NCBI GenBank assembly: GCA_964367095.1
Contig: CAYIXE010000002.1
Location: forward strand, 1 to 51,698
Length of the DNA: 51,698 nt
DNA from: an uncultured Gammaproteobacteria bacterium
GTDB lineage: Bacteria; Patescibacteriota; Microgenomatia; UBA10105; UBA927
Reading direction: 5' to 3'
The first letter of the stretch is position 1, and each line of letters opens with the position of its first letter. The notes beneath the pieces were generated by a model. The model had not been told where the DNA came from, searched no databases, and saw only the letters and a list, made by a program, of their open reading frames with translations. Both the position numbers and the translations under genes were made by a program. Positions 36,001-48,000 of the stretch are shown piece by piece.

Positions 36001-39000
36001 TTTTCTGGTAATCCTCCCGCAAACACAGCTGCAAACTGGTCATCATATTTCTGTACTTGATTCCGAACTCTTGGGACAAGAGCTGATCGAAATAATTGGT
36101 AATTTTTCAATCCAGTTTCAGCAGGTTCTGGAAGAGGTTGTTTTGCTGGCGCGACTTCCGCAGGTGGCAGCCATTTCCACTCTTTTAATGGATGATATAT
36201 TTGTGATTTCCCTAAACTCTTCCACCCATCACCGTAGAAAAATCGATGTGCATCGTAGTGCCATAATGGGCCAGTTGTTAGTCCTAAAATAGCTGCTGCT
36301 GCACCGATAATAAGTGGTGCCCCTGGTATCCACCACGTCGCAATTCCGGCAATTAGAAGAACTATCGCTGGCCCGCGAGTTGTCCACCAGATAAGCGAAT
36401 CATTTGTCGGTGTCGCATTGATCAACCGCCTCGGAACAAGACCAAACATGTGTCCACCCCTATTCCAGTAATCAGGTTTTTCATATCCGGCGTCTATAAG
36501 CTTTGCAGTTTTCCCTGTCACCCCTTCTACATACCGTCGCTCTGCTCTATATATATCCCACCCCAACAAATAGGGACGGCGAATCCTTGTGATTGTATGT
36601 GTAAATATGCTCGTAAACCAAGTTAATGGTGTCCATTGCGGATTTCCCGCGTCAAACATCGTCGCGTTTACTAAACTTTCAAGATACCCCTCTCGACTAT
36701 CTGCCAATACGTTTACCACCAGTTGTTGCGCATCTTTCGGTACCACCCAATCAACAAATTTTTTCAAACGTGGATATCCATCCAGAATATGTATATCTCC
36801 CAAAAAGAAATTCTGCACTCTCGGCCATTGTGCGATTATATAAAAAGGTAATTCCAATGCTGTCCGTAAAATATCATATACTGCAATTCCAAGAGAAATC
36901 GGTATACCGGCAGGCCCCAAAAACACTATCGGCGCTGCATATCGTGGAATAATGCTTGCGATCGCAAAGGTTAATTCAGGTGTTGAATAACGTTTACCAA
37001 AGATTGCATAAACATTCGGTGAAATAATTGCCTTTATCACATTGCCAAACTTCACCCACTCATTGGGCTCTAATCGATCTTGATGGGTTGATTGAACAGG
37101 CTGTGTAGCTTGTCCAGTCACATTCTGAGCAATTGGCGTTGAAGCACTATTCCCCTGCACATACGCGATAGCACTTGCAATGATCGCGTGTTTAGTAATA
37201 AATGCGTCTATTGCACGCTCAGCCGGCGATTGGGTCACAGGAATTGATGTAAACGTATTTTGTGCACGTTCTTGCCCCAATGCTTGAAGTGAAACAATAA
37301 CTCCGTGTTTATGAAGTTCTACTAATTCACTCGTTAATACGTCATCAAATGACCGATTGGTATTCTGCCTCATCTGAACTGTGGAAATGACAGCAGAGTC
37401 ATATCCAGCAATTGCGTCTACAAGGGTGATCTCTTTCTGTGTTTGCGGTGTATCATTTTGTAGCTCACCGTATTCATCTTTCAATCGACTCCAAATATTT
37501 TTTCTAATTTCAAGACTCAATGGATCAGCTATTTCTTTAGCATCTCCATCTTTGGATTCCAAAATCGTTGCAACCAACGCATACGCTTCTGCAGGATGAT
37601 TAGTACTAAATAATTGCTGGATAAATGCTTGCGCCTTTTTCTGTGCTACATCTGATTCTGTCGTAAGCTTAGTCACGTCATCGATTGCACGTTGAATTAA
37701 TAAAGCATCCTTTGTTGCGTTCGCATTAGAAAGCGCCGTTTCCGCTACTTTTTTGGCTGCAAATGTTTTTATATATACATCAAGCTCTACAGGCAACACG
37801 ATAGACACTGTTGGTGGTTGCGCTTCTGGCGGCTGACTGGCTGGCTTTTTTGTATCCTGTCGGACAAACTTTACAAAATCATCCTTGGTTAACGTGCGAG
37901 GGATAAAGGCTTGTCGAAATGACTGCCAGTTTTTTGCGATAAACTGTCCCGCAATTGCAAGTCTGCTCGGCCGAGAAGCTTTTCCTGCCTGCTGTAAACG
38001 ATCTTGTTGAAAAGTGATTACCTGTTCTAGCGCGCTATTCTCAAGACTGGAGAGAATCGGCGCTGAAATTGCCCGAGTCATCTCGCCTACCAGAGCTTGT
38101 TTATGGGCATCATCTTTCACCTTGTCAAGAGAACCATCGGAAAATTCAACTATGTCTCCCAGTTTCGCCTGTTTTGCTATCTCAATATTAGATTGAGCTT
38201 TTTCAAGCTCTGTATTTTTATACGTCACACCAGGAGCAGTGAGAATTACAGAAATAGCATCTGCCAAAACACCTTCTATGTTCTTTGTTTGCTCTGTCAC
38301 AAATGCCTTCGTCTGTTCGCTTGAAGCATTTGCTCCAATTGATCCGACTGCTTTTGATACCGCTTGCTCATAATTTACCATTGCAGCCGCCGCAATATTT
38401 AAGTTGACAACACTAAGCGAATCTACATTTATGACCCCTGACTTTGCGAGTTCTGCCTTAAGACGCTTCATTGCGTCTTCTTTAAGCATATCTGTTATCT
38501 GATCATCAGTTAAACTTAAAAGTGGAGCAATCAAGGTATCAATTTGAGCTATTTGTGTATTCAATTCCTGCAAGACTGTGCTACTTGGCGCAGTCTTTGA
38601 TCCATCGGTTACTAGTGTGGTTTCTGGGTGTTCATCAATGTTTAACATGCCATCAAAAGAATCGGGAGTAATTATACGAATGTCCGTAACACCTGCTGGA
38701 ACAGCAAAAGTGGTGTTGGATTTATCATCAAAAGTAAATGTATGTAACTTCGTTGAAGAAGGGGTGTCAAACCACTCTATTCGTGTCCCGTTTGTAATAA
38801 CTTGAGAGGCATCTACGTCTTTTTTATTCGTAATAACAACATCATTGAGAGTAATCTTTCCCGCATTACTTATAATCTGTGATTGCACATTTACTGCCGC
38901 AGTGAGTGATCTTTGCTTTATCAATTCTTGTTGACGAGTAAGAAATATTGACCGCTCCTGTTGGGCGAGAGTAAGCGTATGTCTTTCTTCTGGGGTCAGG

Positions 39001-42000
39001 AGTTTACCCGCTAAAGCCTTCTCTGCCACTGCTTTTGCCTTGGCTATAGAATCCAGTGCGACTTGTATACTTTCGTTACTTCGTGCTGAAGCTGCTCGTT
39101 CTAGCTGTGCTATTTGTTCTCGCGTTGATGCCGTGGGCGTCTGCCGGCCTTCACGGCCTATAGTGGCCGCGATGTCTGACTCAAATATCGCTTGATTTAT
39201 AAATTTTGTTCGTTCTGAGATACTCTTGGCTCCCTGCAAACTTCTCCGAACCGTAGACTCTGTGGGTGAACCACCTTGCAATGCAATAGGCACATCTTCA
39301 TAGTTATAAATATTTTTTAGATAATACTCGCGGACTTCGATTGGCAATTTAGCAAATTCCGGTGTCGACTTAATACTATTGATATAATCGCGAGCACGAG
39401 TCGCTGCTTTTTGGATTGCAACTGTTCCTACTTGAGAGGACTCGGTGAGTGCATCATTTACCCCACCCACCTTATCAAACTGCAACTTTAATCCATCAGA
39501 AAGAGACATTTCTCTCCCCTCATACGTCATCGTAAAATCTTCTCCACCATATTGCTTTACCATTTTCGCCAATGAATCTATCGTATTTTTTACCATGTCT
39601 GAATACCCATGGATCAAACTATTTGTGACCGAAATTTGTGTACTCGCTATTTCATTGACAAGAAGCCGAACTCCTGCGTCTTCTAAGGCAACTTTAGTCA
39701 AACCATCTGCAGCCTGCTTATTAAAAAGATACACAATAGTTTTTTCAGGTATTTCTCGAAATCTCCCAATACCTTGTGCAGCTGATGTTTGTGTGAGCGT
39801 TTCCGCGCTTCCAAAAAGATATGATGCATCAGTGGTTATAAACACGTCCTGAATATCAGTTCCTCTTCCAGATCCTTGATCAAAAACCAAGACAAATTTC
39901 TTGTCTCCCCTATTTTTAAACGCGTATTCTTTTTCAAAGCGTTGTATTGCTGTTTTTTCACTGTCTCCAACAATTGTTCTTTTTATTGTTCCGTCTTGAT
40001 TATAGATAACTACTTTTTCATTTTCTGCAATATTTGTATCGTTATTTATAACAATCAGCTCTACATCCTCACCTAATGCGTTTATCTTTTTTTGAAGACT
40101 TTTCAACGTTACTTCTTTTGAATAATCTTGCATCTCCAAAACAATTCGAGCTGCACCTTCTTTCCCCAATGTAATATTCGCATTGTCTACATCCTTTGCT
40201 CCAAACCACTCTGTCTGCTTAATTGGTTTTGTTTCGGGTGAACCAAAAATTTGAAGAATAGACGTAAGCTTTTTTACCCCAGGAACGACGAGTTGCATAT
40301 CAAGTGATAGTTGAGCATCTAAAAGGATGCTCTCTGGAGTACCGGTAAATCCATACAGTCTGTCTGCATAATGTCCCATTCCAAGTGTCTGTTTCCATGA
40401 CGAGGACTCTCCTTGAAGTGAGACGGTTACTTTATCGATAAAGGCCATTGCCTGATCATGGGTAAATGACGTATTACGCAATGAATTTTTTATCATTTGT
40501 CCCACAGTATCAAGCGCCAGTGCTTCATAAAGCGCTTGTGGACGAGTATTCTGAAGTCTCCCTGTCCCGTCGCCATAAACCAAAATCCCTTTCGGATCAA
40601 ATCCATATCCGCTTGTGGATCTGCTTGCTGTCTCCACAATAGCGTTTACTACTCCTGCCCTATCACTAAACTCTGCTTTAAATTCACTCGTTGCCTCATT
40701 TCCCTGATGATATTTTTCGAGCGCGGCGAGCACATCTCTTGGATTTGTTCTTGCCCCTGTTTCATCATGGGTAATAAAATTCTTCTGCAAAAATTCTTCT
40801 GCTGTTTGTGTATCACCTTGTGCTTTCACTTTTTCAAATGTTTGCTTCGCTGCCTCTATCACCAAATCTTTGTACAATCCTTTGGCCAAATCCGTATCAG
40901 CAAGGGAAACACTTTGTCCTTTTTGTACAAAAAGATCATCTCCTATAGATCCTCCATTTTTCACGGTACTCGCTTTTTCTATAAAGTCTTTAGCTAAATC
41001 AGATTTGAATACATCACGAAATTTTTGCGTTCGTATGGGATCATATTCAGCGGCCAATCGTGAATCACCACCGGACGAAAACTGCATGCTGTTTGCTATC
41101 ACATCAAACTCGTCGATAAGAAGCATCGCGCCCTTGGTCCCCTCTCGAAATCCCTGCGTGAGAAGATCTCCATTTCTTGAAGCATGAAACTCATAGGGGG
41201 TCTCTAGTGTCGGGCTGTAAATGATATCTGCGTTAGAGAGTATTTGTTTGGCAAGGACGTCATTTTGATGATTTGATATGCGTTGTTGTACTCCTGCCTC
41301 ATCTACATAAATTATTTCGGCACCAGATGGATTGTAATACACAGCCTTCACTTCATTTTGATGGTGTACTAACGGACTGTAGTCTTTCATCATGCCTAAG
41401 ACATCAGCCCATGAAGTCGCAAGCACGTTTACCTTCGCACCAGTAAGTTTTACTTTTGCATCTGCAATAGCATTGAGAAGAAATGCGGATTTTCCAAGAC
41501 CTGTCTGACCGTTAAATAAGACCCCTTTTACATGGCCAGATATTTCCGTGTCAAATAACGCTTTAATAAATATTTCTGACTGGTCAACGCGAGTGAGATG
41601 ATCCGGCCCTATCATTTCGGAGATTCTACCACCAGTTGCAGCTGATAAATTATCTTCGATAGTTCGTAAAAACTTCGATGCCTCATCCAACATTTTTACT
41701 GTTGCTTCATTTTTAGGCCCAGCCAGAGTATTTTCTGAACTTGCCATATCTACCAAATATAACTGTTTATCAGCTCCTCTTACTATTTGAAATCCCTCTT
41801 TCGTCAGTGCGTCTGCTACAACTGATAATTTTCCAAGTGTATCTGCGACAACAACCTGCTTTGCAGTCGATATTTCCTTTGGTCCAAACCACTTATATCT
41901 CAGGCTCGATGTATATGCTGCCTCTTTCGCATTTGATATAGCCAGCGCTTCGTTTGCTTTCTGGGTTAATTCTATGATTGTTCGATCAATAGATTCAATT

Positions 42001-45000
42001 GCTTTACTTTGATCGGGAGTCGGGTCACTTCCTGCTTCTTTAATAAGTAATTTTTTGTTATTTTCGGCTCTCGTGACAAGCTCAAAAGCATCAGCGTATT
42101 CAATTCGTGCTTTATACACTGCTTCACGAACAGATTTCCCTGTCCATAAATCACTTATCTTCTCTTTAATCGGTTTTGTAGCCAAGTCAATTTTTCCTCT
42201 AAGTGTGCCTGCCTTCACAAATTCCTGTTGCTTTCCTGCTATGGCCACTGCGGCTTTAGTAATATTTTTCTGCAACGCACTCGCAAGTTCCACCTTATTA
42301 TTAGCAACCGCAGTCATTCGTTCTACTATACTTTTTCCAAAAATCCCATCCGCTTCTAATTTCGCAATGGAATCAATAGCTTCTTTTGTTCTTGTAATAA
42401 TTCGCTCGGTCTCAGCTATAAGCGTTTTTGAGGCTCCAGTTTTTGCTTGTAGTTCGACAAGGCTTTCTTGTGAAGCTTTAAGAGCCGCTTCGTATGACTG
42501 TTTCACCTCTGGAAGTTTAGAAGGATCAGTAATAATGCTATTTTCGACTTCTATTTGCTTGATTTTCGCTTGCATGTCGACAAGGCCTTCTGCTGTTTCA
42601 CTGCCGTACTGTAAATCTCGAATTGCTAGGGCAATTGCACGTTTAGCTGGGGTCATTCGCGCTTCTGCGGCAATCGTCTTTAAAAGCTCTGTGGCCTGCA
42701 GTGCTGCGACATACTTGGCAGAAGTCGCACTTTCAGTTTTTACAATTCCCTCAAGTACTGCCGCTGCTTTTCGATACTCTGAAAATTCCGTGGTCTCACT
42801 GCCAAGAATTTTATCAAGAGCCGTTCTGCCTTCTGGTTCGATACGAGCCAACTGTTGCTGTTCATACGTTGATTGATTTAAGCGCACAGCAAGCCGCGCT
42901 GCCTCTACCATCTCTGCACTAATTTTTTCTTTTATCATCACCCCATCAGCATCGAAAAATTTCTTGTAGACTTCCAAACTTTTTATCAGCTCGTCTCTGA
43001 CAGGATTTGGTCCTGATGCTTTTTCCTTCGCAAACTGTTTAGAAAGCTCAAGAATCTGATATGTTTCACGCGCCACAGCATTGGTAGTTATTGCAAGACG
43101 AGTGTTTACTTCAGATTGCACGCTCAATTTAGTAACCTCAGTAACTTCGATACCATTTATGGTTAATTTTTGCCCCACTTTCCAATTGGCAAGCGCTACT
43201 TTGTCTGCAATTGCTTGTGACTGTTCAATATATGGATTTTTTATACTTGTTGGCTCGCCAACTGCTTGCGTCTGCGCTAGTTGACCCGCAGAAAGTCCCG
43301 CCATCATAACGGTGGTAGCACATTGTTCAAACGGCACTTCTCCAAATGCGGCAGCTGAACAGGCTACAACAGCTTGCGCTGTATTGACGCTCACATCCAA
43401 ATGACCGATGGATCGTTGCGTCGTAGGCGTATTGATTCTGGATGCAGGCGCAAGTCCCGCTAATCCTGAAACAAATCGCGCACCCATAACGCCTGCCATG
43501 CCAATCGATAGTGCACAGTCTACCGCTCTCGCCCCTTCTTGAGTACATGCTTCAGCGGCGTTGGCTCCAAAAACAATGGTTCCCAATCCATCACGGATAA
43601 TACGCGCACCATTACTCTCCACCGGACTATAGACACTCTTTCCCAACTTAAGTATGACATCATCAGATGATGCCATAACTTGTTCAAAAGTCGTACCTGT
43701 TTCCAAAGCCTCGTCACCAAACTGACGAAGTGAAATTACCGCATCATCAGAGGATGCATAACCGGTTAGTGCTCTACTCGTCGATACTCCTACAGCCCCT
43801 TGTTCTGCTTTTGCTATATTCGTAAGTGCCTTAACTCCTTTGAGCCCTGCTACAGACGACCATGCTGAAAATGCCGTCATGCCCGCAGATCTCAAGCACG
43901 CTCCGTCATCCTGATCGGTCCGCAGACTACACGCCTCTGCTGTATCCTGAAGACTCGATCCGGTCATGTAGATACCAGCCGCATTGCCTAACGTAGAAAG
44001 CGCAACTGCAGAGGTTATACCTTGTGCAGCAGCTCGGACAAGTTGTCCCCCTGGAAGAATAAGCGCCGCTCCACTGAGTATTGGCTTCGCTGTTTGCATT
44101 ACACCACCACGAAACTCATCCCATACAGCCTGCCCACAACCCATCGTTGGTGCATCTTCAGTCCCCAAACATGTGCCCCACATTTTGGCGTTATCCCGCA
44201 ACTGTTGTCCTTTCAAAAGCCCCCCGTTTTCAAATTCATTGAGCCACAAGGCGGCTTCTACACCTGGCTTTGTCGCTTTAAGATGTGCTAGGTCTGCTGA
44301 CATCTTCTCTACGTTATGTGTGCCATTCATGACCGACTCAAAAGAAATCTCAACTCCACCTGAACCCATAAGAAATTGCACGTCTTTATCATGAAGGAGT
44401 GCTGTAAACTGACGTTTTTGATACTCCTCTGGGGATCCTTCTATCCCGCGCTTTTTCATAGCCTCTTCAGTCAGCTTTAGACTATCCGCCAAGTCTTCTT
44501 CGTTTTTCATGTCAAAATATGCATTAGCCACAATCTTTTCCTGTGCTTTTACCGCCTCGTCGTGTTTTATTTGCCATGCCTCGTATGCAGGATTGGCAAC
44601 TCTTCCGTTGGTAGCTGATGGAGCTGATCCTACGTTTCTATCGTAATCAGCCTGCCACTGCTTCATTTGATCTACATACGCATCGACATTTTTTCCTGAA
44701 AACGCGGCGTTTTCAAGCCATCGCGGATCATATGCCAGAAGGCTCTCCATATTTTCCGACTCATAGTCTATCTTTGCCTTCATCTTATCCGTCTCAAGAT
44801 AGGCAAGAGCCAAATTTTTCTCTAAATATTCTTGGGCGTCATCTTTAGAGGAATCCAAATCAGCTGTTTTTGTAAACTGTATAAATTCTGGATCTTTTGC
44901 AATATTTGCTTTATAGGTATCAAGAAATAAGGGGTCTTTGTGTATTGCTTCACTCACAAAGATGTCTGAGGAACGTGCGGCCATAGTCTCTTTCGCACCT

Positions 45001-48000
45001 TCAGTGATAAGCCGGGCGCTCACTTTCCCATCTTGATCAGAAAAGACGAGTGCTCGAAGTTTTGTACTTGCATCTATCTTGTCATAAGCCTCAATTGCAT
45101 CAAACTCTCCCCGTTTTATCTTTTCGACAAGCGCTCGTTCAATCTCAGGATTATCAGGTCGCGTGTACCCTGCTGCTTCAAACTTTGATTTATTATTAAA
45201 AAAACGTTCAAGGCTAGCTATCGCTGCAGATTTTGCTGCTCCCTCAGGCATATCGATGGTTTGCCCAATCGCTTTATTATGTGATTCTTTTGGAGAATAC
45301 GAAAGCCGCTGATTTAATGCGGCACCAATATTATCGAAAACCTTTGCAACCCCATTAAGTCCTATTCGTGTATAACTCTGACACCCTTTTGTACACATTT
45401 CTGGATGCAATCGATCAAGCTCCGCAAGAGGATTTAACTCGCCTTTTCTATACTTATCCAAATTTATCTCAAATTCGCCGGCATTATCCCATTCAACCCT
45501 AAGAAGCGTTATAGCCTCCTCTTGAGCCTTCATATATCCTTCACGCGTCAAATCCTTATCTTTATTTTTGGGATCTTTTATCCACGCTTCAAAATCATCG
45601 TTGAGATTACTCTGCGCATTCATTTCTTGAACGATTATCCGTTCAGGGGGCGGGAGATTCGCTATAACTTTTTCCGGTCGAAGATTTGTGTCGGTAATGA
45701 GCTTTGTAAGCCTAGCCACTGCATCTTTTGTGGTAGCAAACCGTTCTGTCATGGGAATTTTTCCGTCTCGTTTTGCTTGAGCAATAGCCCCCGCTACAGC
45801 GACAGCATCTTGACTATTTAATGTCACTAACTGTGACAACTGCAACTCATATAACCTCGTATTCACCGCTCCCAGTTGGGTCGGCGCATTCTTTTTTGTA
45901 AAGTCTACAATCGTTTTTGTTACAAACGCAGGGTCATCTGTACACCCTTTTTTATCTTTCGCATTTGTGACAAGCATCCCGCAAAGAAGTCCATCAACCC
46001 CAAGAGAATCTCTATCGAGCATCTCTAAAAGAATATTTGTACGTTTGTCTGCAAATTCTTTAGCTTCCGTAACTCCCACTACTGGAGTTAGTTTATTTAC
46101 AACCGCTTCGGCTGAATCACACGGCACACCGTTGCATAATTTTGCATTACTTTGATACAGAACCATATAGATCTGACGCTGTTCTAGACCCTGATCCATA
46201 ATCCTTGAAAGCATTATTTTCTTCTCATCCTCTGAAAATTTGGCACTAGTGATCTGTGACCGTATCACCTGTTGTATTGAAAGAAGATCTTTCGTCAAAT
46301 CTGAACATTCAGCTAAAGACTCTTTGGAAGGACGAGGGCCTTGATTGGCAACGCAAGCTCCAACCTGCGCACTTTTGTTTAAATATTCATTCTCTAACTT
46401 CCCCAAAACAACCTCTTTATAGTGAGATTCCAGTTTTTCTGGTGTATCAAGTCCTAGGGTGGTAAGCTTTTCGTCAGCCTTTGCTTTCGCTAGATCCAGT
46501 TTGGTTTTAATATCACCGCAAACATCACTCCTTTCATAACTACTATCCTCAATGCCATCCAAGCACGTGTCATACGCCTCTTTCAGTGAAAGATACGAAT
46601 CCGTTGCAGTCGCGCTTTGTTTGTTAAGAAGTCTTTTTTGCTGGAGTGTCAGGTCTTCTTCTCTCGTAAACCCAAAGGTGGTTTCCAAAACTTTTTTCGC
46701 ATCGCTCACTTCTTTAGAGATTTCCTCGCACCCGCGTGCTGAATCGTATTTATCCGCACACGTATTGAGCTTGTCTACCAGTGCCAAATATTCCTCTATC
46801 TTTTTATTTTTTTCAATCAAATCCGAAATTGTCTTTTTCCATTCCACGCCAATTTTCGTATCGAGTAAGTTTTTTTGACCCTCGGCAAGATTTTTCTTTA
46901 ACTCTTCTACACATTTTGAGTCAGCTTGACCTTCACTTTTACATGCAAGAAAGTCATTTTGCTGAGAGACAAACTCTTCGGCTTCTTTTATGTATTCCTC
47001 GGCCTTGCCAAGGTAGGAAGGAATAACGCTCAACGGACACCCGGGACATTGTTCCCACATACCAAGGGTCGGATCTTTAGGATGTGGCACACAGCGCCAG
47101 CGCTGATTATCATTCATCTCTGTCGGAGCATCCCCATAGTCTTCTCCAGTCGCGACAGCATTTTCAGGAATAGAAACGTCATTTGCCCCATAACACGTCA
47201 CTTCTTTTTTGGGTTGTTCAATTGGACTAAACTCAGCTCTTTGGATCAAAGATAAACCGCCAAACGAAGAAGGTGCTCCAGCTATGGCAGGAGACACTCC
47301 TTGTGCAGCCATAAGACACTTTTCATAATCTCTCTCTGTCATACGCCCTGCTGCAAACTCCGCATCACAATCAGCCTCCGTCTTTGGCACTTTCGGTGTG
47401 GGGACTGCTACTGGCCGAAGAGTAGTTGAGGGGACTGGGGCAACCGGAGCAACTCTAGGATAATCCTCTCGCGTTCCTCCCCTAGCTGAATTAAGTGCAG
47501 GATCAGGTACAAGAGCAGGCTTACATATCGCATCATTATAAGTCTCTGTCGATCCATTTGGACACCGCAGGAAACAAAAAGGCCAACATTTTTCTCCTGG
47601 TTCTAACGGGAAGATTGTGACTCCACCCGCAGTCACTTGCGTTGTCGGGAAACATTGTTTAGTTTCCGCAATATAAACTTCTCCATCTTTGCAATTTTTA
47701 TTTAAAATCAGTTGTTGTGCTGTTGTAAGTGCGCTAGGCGCTTGAGGAGGAGCAGGCGTATTGGTTGGGACAGATGCTACTTGACGAATCGTTGGCGTCA
47801 CAGGAAAATTTACTTTACACGTAGACTCACATGCAGTTGAGTTCTGACAGAGCTGTATACAGTCAAAAAATGTTAATTTCAACGTTGGCACTGGCGACAC
47901 CACAACTGCTACTGGTACAGGTGTTTTTTCCGCGATAGGTGTTGTAGGTATAACAACTGGTATAGGGGTGGCGCCCCAAGCTGCAGCGATAAGACACTTT

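Noticed and set aside
44900-47900. Apparent frameshifts near 47.8 kb and 45.0 kb during hand translation.
   Set aside because: Both were my own one-base transcription slips when copying lines 47821 and 45001. Re-reading the lines restored the same frame with no stop.
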